A DNA stretch of 63,960 nt, filler included, from Octopus bimaculoides (GCF_001194135.2; 6 parts of 6 records of this genome joined end to end with filler, not necessarily neighbours in it), one strand, 5' to 3'. Shown: positions 24,632 to 38,560, counted from the whole stretch's first letter. Notes: generated from the letters alone by a model not told the origin. A program made the numbers and translations.

Positions 24632-25034
24632 ATAAATATTGAACAATGAGAATCAGTGCTCAGTATTGTATTGGTGGATAAAGATTCTTTTTTGTGTATT
24701 AAGGCAACCATTAGTTTCAAGATAAGTAACACCTCAACAATTGTGAAGCATTAGTGTTAATCTCTATTTTGTTTTAATCCAAAAAATCAAAGTGGAGACA
24801 AATACTGATGTTCCATGTGATAGGCTGGATAATTGTTGAGGTATTCCTTAACATGAAACCAAGGGTAGCCTTAATACACAAACTAAGTATGTATATCTAT
24901 AATGTATGTATATATGTGTGTAATGTATGTCTGTATGAATGAATGAATGAATAGCACTAATTCTCTAAACATTAAACATCTGTTCTTTGTTATGTGTATA
25001 ATGTGGGACAAAGCAAATTTTATTTTCAACACAC

Positions 25035-25089
25035 CTGAGCCATTGCTGTCTTTTGACAACTTTAAAAAAATGACGTTTCCTTTTTCTCC
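25035..25089 (-). CDS. Candidate exon GEKGNVIFLKLSKDSNGS-G/E
   Basis: tattttgtccag| acceptor, CAG|GTGTGT donor, 55 nt, open frame. Confidence 0.35.
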
Positions 25090-27768
25090 CTGGACAAAAT
25101 ACATACATATGTGAACGCATGCACACAGATATATATACCAGTAATCTCCTAAAATAAATTTAATTGATTTAGCTTTAATCTTTTGTTAAGTTGGTCCTGA
25201 AGTTAATCAGTTAAAAGAAATACACATGTTACTATGCTTCCTTTATTGTACCAATATATATTTGTATATAATATTTGGTTTGCTTCTTTGAGGTTTTAGT
25301 ATTTTGATTTACAGCTGATGTTGCGTTTATTGTTGTCATTGTTGTTGTTGGTGGTGGTGGAGTTGTAGCTGTTGTTGCTGCTGCTATTAGAGCTGTTGTT
25401 ATTGTTAATTAGTGGTTATTATTTTGTTTCAATAACCTTTTGTATACGTTATATATTTTGGAAACAGAAAGTGAAAAAAATTATAAAACAGATTTTCTTC
25501 ATTAATGCAAACTTTTTTTCTTTTCTTTCTTCTTTGTAGAAATGTTTTAAATTTATGATTCGAGTGTTTATCAAGTCTCTAGTTGCTTTTAATTCTATTA
25601 AATCATTTGTAAAGAGAGAATTATTTTACTTGGGTCATTCAGTTACTAATAGCACAATTCTATGATACATAAAAGGTGTATGGGTCCAAGTTTGATATAG
25701 TGCTGTTTTTCATTGTTTGTTTTTATACATTATATCTTTTACTGTGATAAAATACTCATGATGTGAAGATACAATGTTTTAAAGTACATAGTCTCCAGTT
25801 CAAATCTAAGCACAACTGATATATCATGCTTGAGAAAAAGTTTATATAATGACTCAACTTTTCTTAGTTTTCCCCATTAACTTCATATTTGATAGGGCAA
25901 AAAATAAAATGTACGTCTATCGATGGTAATACCATATGAAACAAGTGCAACATTATATAAACATATAAATATGTAAAACAATCAACTGGAAGTACGTGTC
26001 ACTCTTAAAAAAAAGATGTTACCCTTGCAAAAATCTCCCGCCACCAATGAATAAAAACATGTAAAATATATGTAAAATGACAATGAGAAAAATCCTGTGC
26101 AGTGACTAAATATTTCTCCTTTACTGTCTAATACTATTGATATCAAATATTTCTGTTATCCATTAATTTTGATTTTTAAAGTGTTATTCTGTAACTTAAC
26201 TCTGGTTATTGTTAATCTTTGTCTGTCAATCTTTGTCTAAATGAAACAAGAATATTGTGATATTTTCTAGATTACTGCCATCCACCGTTTCACTTATAAA
26301 ATGGTGCCAAGCTATTATTCTGTAATTGTAACATGAAAACAAGTTGGTTTTATTTCCTGTGTTCTTTGGAAAAGTTATCACATGACAATGGTTTGGAAAT
26401 CAAACTCTATTACTATAAATATATTTATGTTGTTAAGTTGGATTCTACCCATGTAATTCCTGCTGTTAATAGTTGTATCTGACATCTTACAATATTTGTT
26501 AAAGATAATAAGAAGCTATTCTGTATATAAGCACAAGCTTAGCCATGTTATTGAGACGTTCTGATTTACAACAATGGGGTTCTGGGTTTGATCCCGCTGT
26601 GCAACATCTTCTGTAGCCTAAGGGCAATTAATGCTTTGTGAGTAGAATTTGGTTGACAGAAACTGTGTGTATACATTCATACACAACCCTCACCACTTCA
26701 CTCAAATACACACACACATGCAAGCATGCATGCACATATGTTATGTGGTAAATTTGAAGAAGTGTCAGAACACCAGACATTGCCTTGTGGTATTCACTGG
26801 CCTATTGTACTCTTGGGGCAAATACTGATGAGGCCAACTTTGTGTTCCATCCTTTTGTACTTGAGTTGATAAATACAGCACCAGTCATCTGCTGGAATCG
26901 TTTCTCTCCTCTTTCTGTTTGACTTTTTCTCTTCTCTTTCTGTTTGACTTTTTCTCTTTTTCTGGAACACATCAGCTATAATTAAGCTTGAGATGGATGG
27001 GCTCCACCAGGGCTAAAAATACCGAAGATAACATTAGAAGATCAGATCTTATTGTATGACACACACACACACACACACACACGTGTGTGCGTCTGTGTAA
27101 AACACAAATGCTTCTAGAAAACAAAAATTAAGAATTAATTAGAAAGTTAAAAAATGTGTATTGTTTTTCTTTTTTGTGGCAAAATGCTGAATGACATAAC
27201 GAAGGGGTCAAACCTTGCATTAATTAATACTGCAATCATTATGTTGTGACCCTGAGCAGTATATAGCTCTAATTACATCAGTTGACTGTCCAATATTACC
27301 CTGTTGTTGAATGATTACAAGTAGGAAGTGTCTAACTGGAAAGTGGCTAATCTCCTAAAATATAAGAAACTTTTTTCTTTGATGATCCCTATTGTCCAAA
27401 GGGTCAGAATTTAGAATAGTTTGGAAGTGCTTGAATGACAAGAAGATCTTATTGCTGTCGCCCAGTTAATTGTAGAAATAAGCAGAATGAGTTTTTGGCT
27501 TGTGTAGTTCAGTTGCTTTGGTCAGCTCTACTGAAGTAGTCATGAAATTGACATAGTTATTGGAAGAAATAGTGAACTGAACAGGAAGCCATAGAATTCT
27601 GTCATTTATTGTGGGTTATGCTGTCATGAAAACTCAGTCTTAAAACATGTGGCTTTCATTTTAAAAATCGCATGGAATTTATTGGTGAAGATAACATAAT
27701 ATACAAATGGCTACAATGGAAAATTCAAAGAACTACATAAATAAATCTCTCATTTGCTTTCTATCTTT

Positions 27769-27807
<39 letters not shown>

Positions 27808-27868
27808 GCTATCTATATATCTGTCTGTCTATCTATCTATCTATTTGATAAGTATTTATTGGCATTAC

Positions 27869-27952
27869 CTTACAATATGGCAAGAAAGTTCTCTGGCTTT
27901 CAATGCCATAACATTTGTTCTGTAACTGGTTCTCCTTTAAAATGACATTGAA
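27869..27952 (-). CDS. Candidate 84-nt exon FNVILKENQLQNKCYGIESQRTFLPYCK
   Basis: aaatttcag| acceptor, AAG|GTAATG donor, stop-free in phase 0. Confidence 0.35.
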
Positions 27953-28435
27953 CTGAAATTTATCAAATTTCTAATGCTGAATAAGAAATATGTATAATGA
28001 TCAAATTTCAAAACCTTACCAAAACAACTAAAAATCTAAATGTTTGCCTTCCATAATAGCGAGGCAGTTACACAAGCCAAAAGCAGTTTCCATTCTTTTG
28101 TTGAAACTGTGAAAGGCTTAAGACATTGATAATTATGATGGATTTAGGTACCTGATTGTTGGAAATGAGCTGTAATGGGTTCATATCAAGACATGATAAA
28201 ACACCTTTATAAGAAGTTTAAAGCTTGAATAAATTCATGTCTTTAATGCTTGTTTAAAAGAAAAGCTGTTTCTCATACATAAATACATGCATACATGCAC
28301 ACATATACACACATAAATACACACACACACACATTGTTGTTGTTTGCAGTGTTTCTTGTTTGTTTTTTTCCAGAAATAAAAGTGTATGTGCATGTGTGCA
28401 TGTGTACATGTGAATATCATTGTGTACCTACTTAC

Positions 28436-28477
28436 CTTCCAAGTATTGCTCTGGATAGCATTGACTTCATGCCTCAT
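28436..28477 (-). CDS. Candidate exon end MRHEVNAIQSNTWK (5' boundary unresolved)
   Basis: Consensus donor GGAAG|GTAAGT; phase 0 joins the 27952 exon. Confidence 0.3.
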
Positions 28478-29039
28478 AATAAAAGTGCATTAAATGATGA
28501 AAATGTGTCTCATTTTTCTCCATTTTCACTTTTAATGAAAATTATTTGAAATTCAGTCCACATAGGAATCATATGAAAAGATATGTTAAAATGTCACCTT
28601 TCAGAATATGTATATAAGTAATATATTTTTGTAATATATGGAACAGAATCATGTTCCAAACCAGAGTGTTTTTATGCCATTGTAATTTCAATATAGCTGG
28701 ATTTTCACATTTTATTTTTTATTCATTTTTTCCTCAGATACTTGTATTTTACATTAAATTTCTGGTTAGTATTAACATGATGGTGATAAATATAACTAGG
28801 TAGTTTTACTGTATAATAAAAATGAGAGACTGATCACTTAATGAGATCTGTCTGATGACTTTAGTTCCCAATTTGTTCCCAGTTTACTTGCATTTGCTCA
28901 TATGAATTTCCAGTCTGACCAATAAATGTATTTGAACAAGTCTGTCATTTCATTGAGTAAAACAGAGGTTTGGTTATACAGTTCAAATTTGCACTTGAAA
29001 ATACTTTCTTTCTAATCTTTATGTTTATATAATGAACAG

Positions 29040-29650
29040 CAAGTAAAAACTAAAATACACTACAACCAGCATCACAGATACTCTGAAAATTTTTATTGTT
29101 GTTCTTCACAATAGACTTTGCCTTTGTCAGTAATTGTCTCAAGTTCTTCAATTATCATTTTCTTTGACCAAGTGTTCAGCTAGTAATTGTATCCTTTAAT
29201 TATTTGTGTCCTTTAATTTCATTATTTTCCCTGATAATTAGACAGTTTGAGTTAGTGACATTGAGTATTTTCATTAAGTGAATTATATGTCATTACAAAA
29301 GTTTCTATATCCCAGTCTTTTGGCTTACTCTCTTGCGTTGCATAAAGGTGTTGTATATGTTTTCATTTTTCACTTGTGTATTCTTTTGTTCAAGGTAGGA
29401 GTCGGGTGAATATTTTTATAAGTAGAAATCTTTTGAGTTCTACATGTCATTTTCCTCAGGTAGTTACATCTTCAGTGAAGATACACATTTTCCTGGATAG
29501 ACAATATGCAATAATAAATTTTATATGTGATATATGGGTGGGCATGATTTCAAGTTTAGAGGTGATATGTGTCTATGTCTTTGTAATAGATATCCATTGT
29601 GATGCTGGTGTTATTCTTAATCACTTTTATTTCCAGGAGTGGTAATTTTT
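29040..29650 (-). mobile_element. Second Penelope-like remnant (RT thumb to linker), highly decayed
   Basis: TMDIYYKDIDTYH..HAHP.. resembles the PLE TDIYYKxTDTxQYL..HP motif. Confidence 0.55.
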
Positions 29651-30174
29651 TTTTAGTGATCATCTTTGTTGTCAATTTCAGAGTTTGGTTTAAATGTTTT
29701 AGAAGGACACTGAATTATTAATTTATTAAATTTTCATTAAATAAGAAATAATTTCTGTTTAACATGTATCACATTGAAAGCTATTAAATTACAAAGTGTT
29801 TGTTTTGTTTTATAATATCACATCTTGTGTAACAATAATGGTTCTGTCATCAAAATAGGGCAGTTTAAGGAAGCACATATCAAACTTAGGATTATGGGCC
29901 CTTTTATATTGTTTACTCACTTTATGCATGTGCGTGTGTGTGTTTATATAAAGAAAATGAAGGCAGTTTGGGTTAGGATAAAAACTATTTATTTAGCACT
30001 TTCGTCCCTTTCAGGGATTCATCATGAAAGAGTTTCAAGGAATTCACCATGTATCTCTTCCATAGCAAGACACATGTCCTTATCTGGCTATCATACTTTA
30101 CCTTCTCAATACTTGGCATAGAGCCACGTACGCCTCTACTACAACACCACTTAATTCAGGGAGCTTTTTTTCTT

Positions 30175-30381
30175 TTTCATTTTGTCAGTTACTTGACAAC
30201 TTTACTTGTGCTGGTATCATAGATAAAAGTACGCAGAACACTCAATAAAGTGGTTGGTGTCAGGAAGAGCATCCACTGATAGAAACCATGCCAATACAGA
30301 CACTGGCATGCAATGTAATCCTCCAGCTCATTCATTGGATCCTGCCAAACTGTCCAGCCTATGCCAGCGTGGAGATGATGA

Positions 30382-30385
<4 letters not shown>
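30175..30385 (+). mobile_element. Family C tail element (another copy at 32330-32590)
   Basis: ...CAAACTGTCCAGCCTATGCCAGCGTGGAGATGATGATG. Confidence 0.7.
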
Positions 30386-30444
<59 letters not shown>

Positions 30445-31289
30445 GAGTGAGTGAGAGAGGGAGAGATTGATTGATTGATTGACTTACTAGTTTTTCTTTT
30501 TTTTCTTCTTTTCTTGTCTGAAAAATTTCAAATAAATAATTGTTTTTCTATTTATAATTCATAGTCAATTTTTTAAATAAGAAATGTTGGCACTGTCTTC
30601 ATTTCCAAGGCCCCATGTCAATGAAAGTATTCATATTGTGAAAAGTAGATGCTTTATACATGTCAAGAAAGGCAAGTGTTTTTCTTTTGCCAAAAAAGTG
30701 TAAATGTTTTTGTTGGGGGGGNNNNNNNNNNNNNNNNNNNNNNNNNNNNNNNNNNNNNNNNNNNNNNNNNNNNNNNNNNNNNNNNNNNNNNNNNNNNNNN
30801 NNNNNNNNNNNNNNNNNNNNNNNNNNNNNNNNNNNNNNNNNNNNNNNNNNNNNNNNNNNNNNNNNNNNNNNNNNNNNNNNNNNNNNNCGAAAGTGTTTTA
30901 TGGGCTATTATTTTAACTAGACAGTGTGGACTTTAATAATTACTTTCTGTTTGAAAAAGTTATATTACTCATAACTAATTAATAAACAGCTTTCTTTCTC
31001 ATTGTATAGATGTTTGTCACATCTTACACCCAATAATACATGAGCTCTATGAATTATGCAAAACATGGTTTAGTCGAGATGTATTTTTAATGACAATTTC
31101 TTGCTGCACTTCATCAGGTATCCATCTGCATGAGGTAGAACTTCATTAAGCTTTACATCCTCACCACAATTAGAACAAATTCAAATACAAGGAGAGAGGC
31201 TACAAATTTGCAGAAAATTGTCTGATTTCTATTCTGACTTTCTTCTGTTAATATTTAATACATCTGAGTAGATAAAAGCCATACATTGC

Positions 31290-31700
31290 TCACATGCTCT
31301 GTGGTAAAATGGTTGATTTCAAATCACATGGTTCTGGGCTCAGTCCCACTGCATGGCACCTTGGGCAACTGTCTTCTATTATAGCCTCAGGCTAACCAAA
31401 TCCTTGTGAGTGGTTTTGGAAGATGGAAACTGAAAGAAGTCTGTCGTGAGTGTGTATGTGTGTGTATGCGCGCGCATGCACATCTTTGTATCTGTGTTTG
31501 TCCCTCCCTCCACTGCTTGACAACTGGTTTTGGTGTGTTTATGTCCCTGTAACTTAGCAGTTCAGCAATGAGTCCAGTGAAATAAGTACTAGGCTTTAAA
31601 AAAACAGAAGTACTGGGGTCAATTCATTTGACTAAAAATTGTTCAAGACATTGCCCCAGAATGGCCACAGTCTAATGACTGAAAGAAGTAAAAGATAAAA
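31290..31700 (+). mobile_element. SINE family A (further copies: 31735-31950, 32665-33030, 26540-26670 on +; 40065-40320, 44125-44285 on -; 3' fragment 61790-61920)
   Basis: Collinear similarity to 634-1030. Confidence 0.8.
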
Positions 31701-33424
31701 GATTAATACATATATGTATATATTTCTATCTGTCTCCGTTTGTGTGTGTCCCCCACCACTGCTTGATATTTGGTGTTGGTTTATTTATGTTCTCGTGACT
31801 CATTGGTTTGGCAATAGAAACTGATAGAATAAGTATCAGGCTTTTAAGAAAAATAATAAATACTGTGGTCAATTCATTTGACTAACACCCTTCATGGTGG
31901 TGCCCCAGCATGGCCATAGTCCAGTGACTGAAACAAGTAAAAGATAAGAAAAATTTGATGGCCACGACTACAATAATGACAGTATCACACGAGATGGTTT
32001 ATATCGTCTAGCCAACACTTTACTGTCAGCTATTTTACTTTTCTTCCTTAATTGCTGTCTTCTGATGGAAAATGTTTGCTTTTAACTTGGAAAACACCTG
32101 CTGTTGACTTTCATTTTCAAATGACTCTGGATGCAATGAAACACTGGAATGTTTTATTTCCGGCAATTCTAGCTTAATATGTTAATTAGATATTTTTAAC
32201 ACTTGTGTTAAGCAGAGTGAACTTAATACTGGTGTTAAGTAAAATGAACCCAAAAGCAGGTGGTTAAGAAGTGACATACTTCACCACACAGCCACATCTG
32301 TACCTATATTATATACCTCTTATCATTCGGTACAAAGCCACCTCACTCAATACCACTCTCCCCTGTGGGGTGTCTTTGTCTTGCAAGTTACTTGGTCACC
32401 TCACTAGTGCTGGTGCAATGTAAATTGTTTACACCTAGTACACTCTGTAAAGTGGTTGACATTAGGAAGGGCATCCAGAAATGATGCCAAAGCAGACAAT
32501 AGAGCTTGGCACAGTCCTCAACTCCTGTCAAACCGTCCAATCCATGCCAGCATGGAAAATGAATACTAAATGATGATAATGACGATGTTTCATTATATAT
32601 TTCATCAATTAAACTATGGGTATTGGCAAAGTTGTGCAATATGAAATCCATGTCTATTTTCTAGACTTTGAGGTGTAGTGTGTGATAAGAAGCTTGCTTC
32701 CCAACCACATAGTTTGGGGTTCTGTCCCACTGCACGGAACCTTAGGCAAGTTTCTTCTACTATAACTTCAGGTTGACCCCAAGCATTGTGAGTGGATTTG
32801 GTATACTGAAACTGAAAGAAGCCTGTCGTACATATGTATATATTTTTTTTGTGCGTGTGTGTGTCCCACCACCACCATTGCTTGACTACTGGTGCTGGTG
32901 TGTTTATGTTCCTGTAACTTAGCTGTTCAGCAAAAGTACTGAGGTTGATGTATTTGATTAAAATTTTTTCAAGGTGGTGCCTCAGCTTGATTGCAGTTAA
33001 TGACAGAAAGAAGCAGAAGATTCTGAAGAGATAAAGGAAAATAAATTACATTCCTTGTTTTAGAAATGCTCAAACTCTCCATTTTGGAGAATACAGTTGT
33101 AACTTCTGCATCTTCAACATTTTGTTCCTAAATTTCTTTCATAATTATATGTATTAAACATAGGAGATTATTTTCTTAGAAAGAAAAATTAGGTTAGGGT
33201 AGAGTTTTAGCGTGAAGTTTGAGGGTTAGGTTGAAAGTGAGAGATTAAAGGTTTGGGTTTAAAATTAGTTTTTAGGTATAGGACTTAAGGTTAGAGAGTT
33301 ACATGGGAAAATGAAATAATTGGAAAAATTGAACTTCAAAATTTCTTTTCTTTTTTTTCAGACATTTTTAATGTTTTTTTTTTGTTTAAATCAGATACAT
33401 CTAACTAAAAAAAAAAATTCCTAA

Positions 33425-33810
33425 ATAAAATGAAAATGCAAAAAGTTGGATGACCACATACAACTTGTACTGGATGTCCTCATGCACAACTCATCTGAGG
33501 GTGCATTCTGAAACCTTGAGGTCATTTGCAATGGCTGTGATTGATTTTCTTGGAGCTTTTATTGATTATTTATCGAGCTTTTTGTACAAAGTTATATGTT
33601 CTGATAATATTAGGAACGTGTGCATGCATTTTGTGTTCAGCTACTGATGTTTGATCTTTGTCAGCAGCTCCTAGCTTCTTTTGAACTTTGACAATGAAGT
33701 ATCAGGCAACTTTCAGGTAGCTGGGTATCCCTGTATCACTGTTCTGTGCTTTTAGTGCAGTGATTACCAGGTGCTTTTTCATTTGCTGAGTTAACCTGAT
33801 GCCAGACATT
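33425..33810 (-). mobile_element. maT/DD37D-type Tc1/mariner transposase N-terminal remnant
   Basis: MSGIRLTQQMKKHLVITALKAQNSD...LKVA*YFIVKVQKKL..., helix-turn-helix region of this family. Confidence 0.6.
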
Positions 33811-33912
33811 ATTTATCTGAAAATAAGCTAACAAAAATAAATTAGAAGAAAGTTAGCACTTTTGAAAAATAGAAGTATTAGAAAACCGCATTATTTATGA
33901 GATAACCCAATA

Positions 33913-35034
33913 TATCAGATCATCCCATAAGTTCTGTCCGATTTTACCTTTTTTAAAATTGAATGAAATTTAATAGTATTTTAGAATGTCTAATGGAATT
34001 AAAATTTATTTTTATGTATTTGTGCACATTTAAACTAATTAAATATTATTTTACAGAATAATAGAATTAAAATTTCTTTGATCAAAACCCTTTCTAACAT
34101 GGAATTATCCAAAGAGCATTTGAGGCACATAATGCTTTATGAGTACAAAAAGGAAACTCTGCAGCCAAAGCGACTTGAAACATGCACTCATTTTATGGGA
34201 AAGAATGCTTGAATGAAAGAACTTGCAGAAGATGGTTTGCAAAATTCAGAAGTGGAGATTTCAGCCTTGAAGAAGACGATCGAACAGTATGTCCAGTTGA
34301 GTTTGATGATAAGCTCCTTGAGGCATTACTTGAAGAAAATCCTGCATTATCAGTTGAAGAAATGGCAATAAAGCTTAGTTCAAACCATACAACTGTTCAC
34401 CATCATCTTTAACAAATTGGAAAGGTTCCTCAACTTGGAAAATGAGTGCCTCATGAATTGTCCGAAAGTTACCGCAAATCCCGAGTTGACATCTGTTCTC
34501 TCCATTCTCATGAACTCGCTCAACCACAACCAAGAAGGGAGCTTCATGGGAAAAAGGTTCTTCTCTCTATCTTTTGGGATTGCAAAGGAATAATTCACTT
34601 TGAATTGTTACCACCTAATGCAACAATCAATGCTCAAGTCTACTGTCAGCAATTAGAGCGTTTGAACCAAGCTTTGAAGATAAAAAACCCACTTTAGTGA
34701 ATCAAAAAAGAGTGATGTTTCATCAGGACAATGTGCGACCCCACACTGCAAAGATCACATCACAGAAGATCGAAGAACTTGGCTGAGAAAATTTCCTCAT
34801 CCACCTTATTTTCCCGACCTTGTTCCAGACTACCATTTGTTTCACAGTTTATAGAATAATTTGGGGGACATAACTTTCACAAGCCAGGAGGAGGTTGAAA
34901 CTGACATTTCATAGTTCTTCACTTTGAAACCAAAAGAGTTTTACATTGATGGGATTAAAAAGCTTGTAAATAGATGGAAGGAAGTCATAGATAATCAGGG
35001 AAGGTACATTGATGATTAAATTTCAATTAAATAT
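33913..35034 (+). mobile_element. mariner (Mos1/Hsmar1-like D,D34D) transposon with a decayed transposase at 34099-35019; right TIR lost in the gap
   Basis: MELSKEHLRHIMLYEYKK...TCRRWFAKFRSGDFSLE...VPHEL...KKVLLSIFWDCKGIIHFELL...FHQDNVRPH...HPPYFPDL..DYHLF...WKEVIDNQGRYIDD*; stops, frameshifts and a deletion over the first catalytic Asp. Confidence 0.92.
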
Positions 35035-36423
35035 NNNNNNNNNNNNNNNNNNNNNNNNNNNNNNNNNNNNNNNNNNNNTTAATTAATTAANNNNNNNNNN
35101 NNNNNNNNNNNNNNNNNNNNNNNNNNNNNNNNNNAGTTGTTTTACGTTTCCACCATAGCTCTTCTTTGGAAACAGGTAACATAGGAAAAGGAAGTTGGAT
35201 TAATAAAATCACCAACAATTCACGTATAGTTACACCAACCTATTCACACTCCTTTCAGACGACGCATCCACACCTCTCTTTCTTTCACGCATGCAGATAC
35301 ACGCGCACACCCACCCACACACGGACAAACACATGAGCGCTCATCCACATCCACCAATTCCATCTGTGCATGTGTGCTAAAAAACACACACACACATAGA
35401 CTGCCACACCAACATATACACGCACCAGTCATTATAGCTGTTGATCTCTCACTATCACATAACACACACAGTTACCACCAAACGTACACATGCTAGCACT
35501 CACACACACACGCTAGCATACACACATACTACACACATGGTATCACACACCACACTCACGCGTGCATATACACATACACATACACACAGTTACCAACCAT
35601 TCTTTACATTTTCCTGTCGCAGTAAGCACTTTCTCTTTGCTTTCTACTTCCGGTCATTTTAAAATCTACACGTGGACTGTTGGCAACTTTTACCCTTTCT
35701 TCTTTTTCCTCTGGACTTTCCTCCTCCGAGCGTCTTATTAATACNNNNNNNNNNTTAATAGTAGTTGTTGTAATGGTACTTTTGCCTTAAAAATATAAGT
35801 AAATAAATAAAAGAAGACAGGAACAAAAAAAAAACAATGTTACTCATGAAAGGTTACATAAATTCTTGCGTGAAATACAATCAACTCTTTCTTTTTCGAC
35901 ATACATACAAACATACATACATACATACATACATACATGCATACATACATACATATATATGTACATCTAGAGAGAAATTGAAGCAGAGATGTAAGGTACT
36001 AGGAAAAATTCGGGAAAAAAAAAACTATGCTTAAAAGATCAAATGTTCACACAATATTCAATATTCTGCAAGTTCCACTGAGATAAACAGTAGTACAAGT
36101 TCAAATGTTCACTGAAATTCATAAGAGTTATACACGGTTGAAATTTTAGAAACGTTGAACTATATTAACGATAAGAATAAAAAGGAGAAAGAAATAATGT
36201 TTTTCAACATCTGTCGTAGTGCATGAAGGGTGATTCTTCGTCGCTGGTTTTGTTGGTGAGATTTACAACTGTTTTAGCTAAAATTGCTTTGCATATGCAG
36301 GTTTTTAAAGTAAATCTTTTAAGTTCTGATTGGTTATCAATTTAATGACAGCACTTGTGGTTTTCCGCCTGCGGTCTAGTATTTTGGCAGGCTAACTGCC
36401 TGAATATGACACTTGTTTTTCGG

Positions 36424-36458
<35 letters not shown>

Positions 36459-36765
36459 TACACACACACACACATACACACACACACACACACACACGTG
36501 TACATATATATCTATGATATATATATATGATTCACAATCAAAGGTACAGAAGTGGCGTACTCCGATGAATAAGGTGAGGTAATGCAATGGTAGAAAGAAA
36601 TCCATGAATTAGGTACTCCAAACCAGTCGGAATGACGGAACACAGTGTGAGTGTACAGTAAATACTTCATTAACAAAAGAAGAATCTGACAACAAGAAAA
36701 AATCAGCAAAGTGAGGTGGTAGCACATGGAAAGGATTATTAAAACGTTCAGAGAAGGAAAAGAGT

Positions 36766-36912
36766 AGTTGTTTTACGTTTCCACCATAGCTCTTCTTTGG
36801 AAACAGGTAACATAGGAAAAGGAAGTTGGATTAATAAAATCACCAACAATTCACGTATAGTTACACCAACCTATTCACACTCCTTTCAGACGACGCATCC
36901 ACACCTCTCTTT
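36766..36912 (+). repeat. Apparently exact copy of 35135-35281
   Basis: Same ~147 nt; one copy starts a scaffold, the other abuts a gap. Confidence 0.9.
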
Positions 36913-37559
36913 NNNNNNNNNNNNNNNNNNNNNNNNNNNNNNNNNNNNNNNNNNNNNNNNNNNNNNNNNNNNNNNNNNNNNNNNNNNNNNNNNNNNNNNN
37001 NNNNNNNNNNNNNNNNNNNNNNNNNNNNNNNNNNNNNNNNNNNNNNNNNNNNNNNNNNNNNNNNNNNNNNNNNNNNNNNNNNNNNNNNNNNNNNNNNNNN
37101 NNNNNNNNNNNNNNNNNNNNNNNNNNNNNNNNNNNNNNNNNNNNNNNNNNNNNNNNNNNNNNNNNNNNNNNNNNNNNNNNNNNNNNNNNNNNNNNNNNNN
37201 NNNNNNNNNNNNNNNNNNNNNNNNNNNNNNNNNNNNNNNNNNNNNNNNNNNNNNNNNNNNNNNNNNNNNNNNNNNNNNNNNNNNNNNNNNNNNNNNNNNN
37301 NNNNNNNNNNNNNNNNNNNNNNNNNNNNNNNNNNNNNNNNNNNNNNNNNNNNNNNNNNNNNNNNNNNNNNNNNNNNNNNNNNNNNNNNNNNNNNNNNNNN
37401 NNNNNNNNNNNNNNNNNNNNNNNNNNNNNNNNNNNNNNNNNNNNNNNNNNNNNNNNNNNNNNNNNNNNNNNNNNNNNNNNNNNNNNNNNNNNNNNNNNNN
37501 NNNNNNNNNNNNNNNNNNNNNNNNNNNNNNNNNNNNNNNNNNNNNNNNNNNNNNNNNNN

Positions 37560-37591
<32 letters not shown>

Positions 37592-37699
37592 TACGCACAC
37601 GCATACGCATGCACACAGACACAGACACACACACACACATATATACACATATACATATTATATACACATATGTGTATGTATTTCTATACATATGTACAC

Positions 37700-38560
37700 G
37701 TACAGGTTGCGATGGATAAATTGTCACGTTTTATATTCCTAATTTCGAGCATGCACTTTGTTTTATTTTGATTTTGTCGACTACATAGTATAGAAGGGTC
37801 TGCGAGCAAAAAAGCACCATGAGACAATTCACTCTGCCAGAAATTTGGAAATGACATGATCTACTGCATGGCATCTGCGCTGGAAACGAACATTTCAGAG
37901 TGTTTATGTCAGTCTGAGGACAGTGAAATCTGAGGATATGTACCGAGAGTGCTAAAAACATCCAGTCAACCTCATGGTGTTTGGAGTGATCAATAGTGAT
38001 GATGGCGTTATGCCTCAATCCATCTCCCCACGAGGCCTGAGACTGGACAGGGTGGCCTACATCAAATGCCTGGAGGAGTTAGTGTTGCCATGGGTCAAGA
38101 GGATGGCTGCTGGAAGTCCCTATGTTTTGCAACGGGACTCTGCATCATGTCGCACAAGCAGGAGAACCCAGTCATGACTCAGGCAATTTCTGTGACCAAA
38201 TCACCCCTAAAATCTGGTCACCTAACTCCTCAGACGGCAATGTCCTTGATTACTATGTGTGGTGCGTAGTTGAGCGACAGATCTACAAAACCCCTTGTAA
38301 CACGAAAGATAAACTGAAGGAAAGGTTTATGACAGCATTCACCATCTTAAACAAAGACCCCGTCCAGAACTGTTGCAGGAGATTCCAAAGTCGTCTGGAG
38401 TGCGTAGCTGAAGCCAATGGTGATTTCATTGAATACATTTACTTTTTAGTATTTCAAGATATTTTTATATAGTTTTGGTAAATATATCTGTTAAAATGAG
38501 ATATCAGTGTTATTTTCATTTTTGCGTCATTTAGACGACAGTTTATTCACCGCACGCTAA
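37700..38560 (+). mobile_element. Internally deleted maT/DD37D transposon
   Basis: Imperfect TIRs CAGGTTGCGATGGATAAATTGTC / GACAGTTTATTCACCGCACGC; KHPVNLMVFGV...QRDSASC...WSPNSSDGNVLDYYVW...EANGDFIE. Confidence 0.85.

Noticed and set aside
24460-31120. Plus-strand acceptor-like sites at ~24460, 25540, 26271, 28738 and 31010 (also ~1108 and ~6199)
   Set aside because: I could not build a consistent stop-free chain, and such polypyrimidine-AG sites are frequent in AT-rich DNA; not excluded without RNA data
34099-35019. Possible active or domesticated (SETMAR-like) mariner transposase
   Set aside because: Multiple stops and frameshifts, a deletion of the first catalytic Asp region, and no adjoining SET exon
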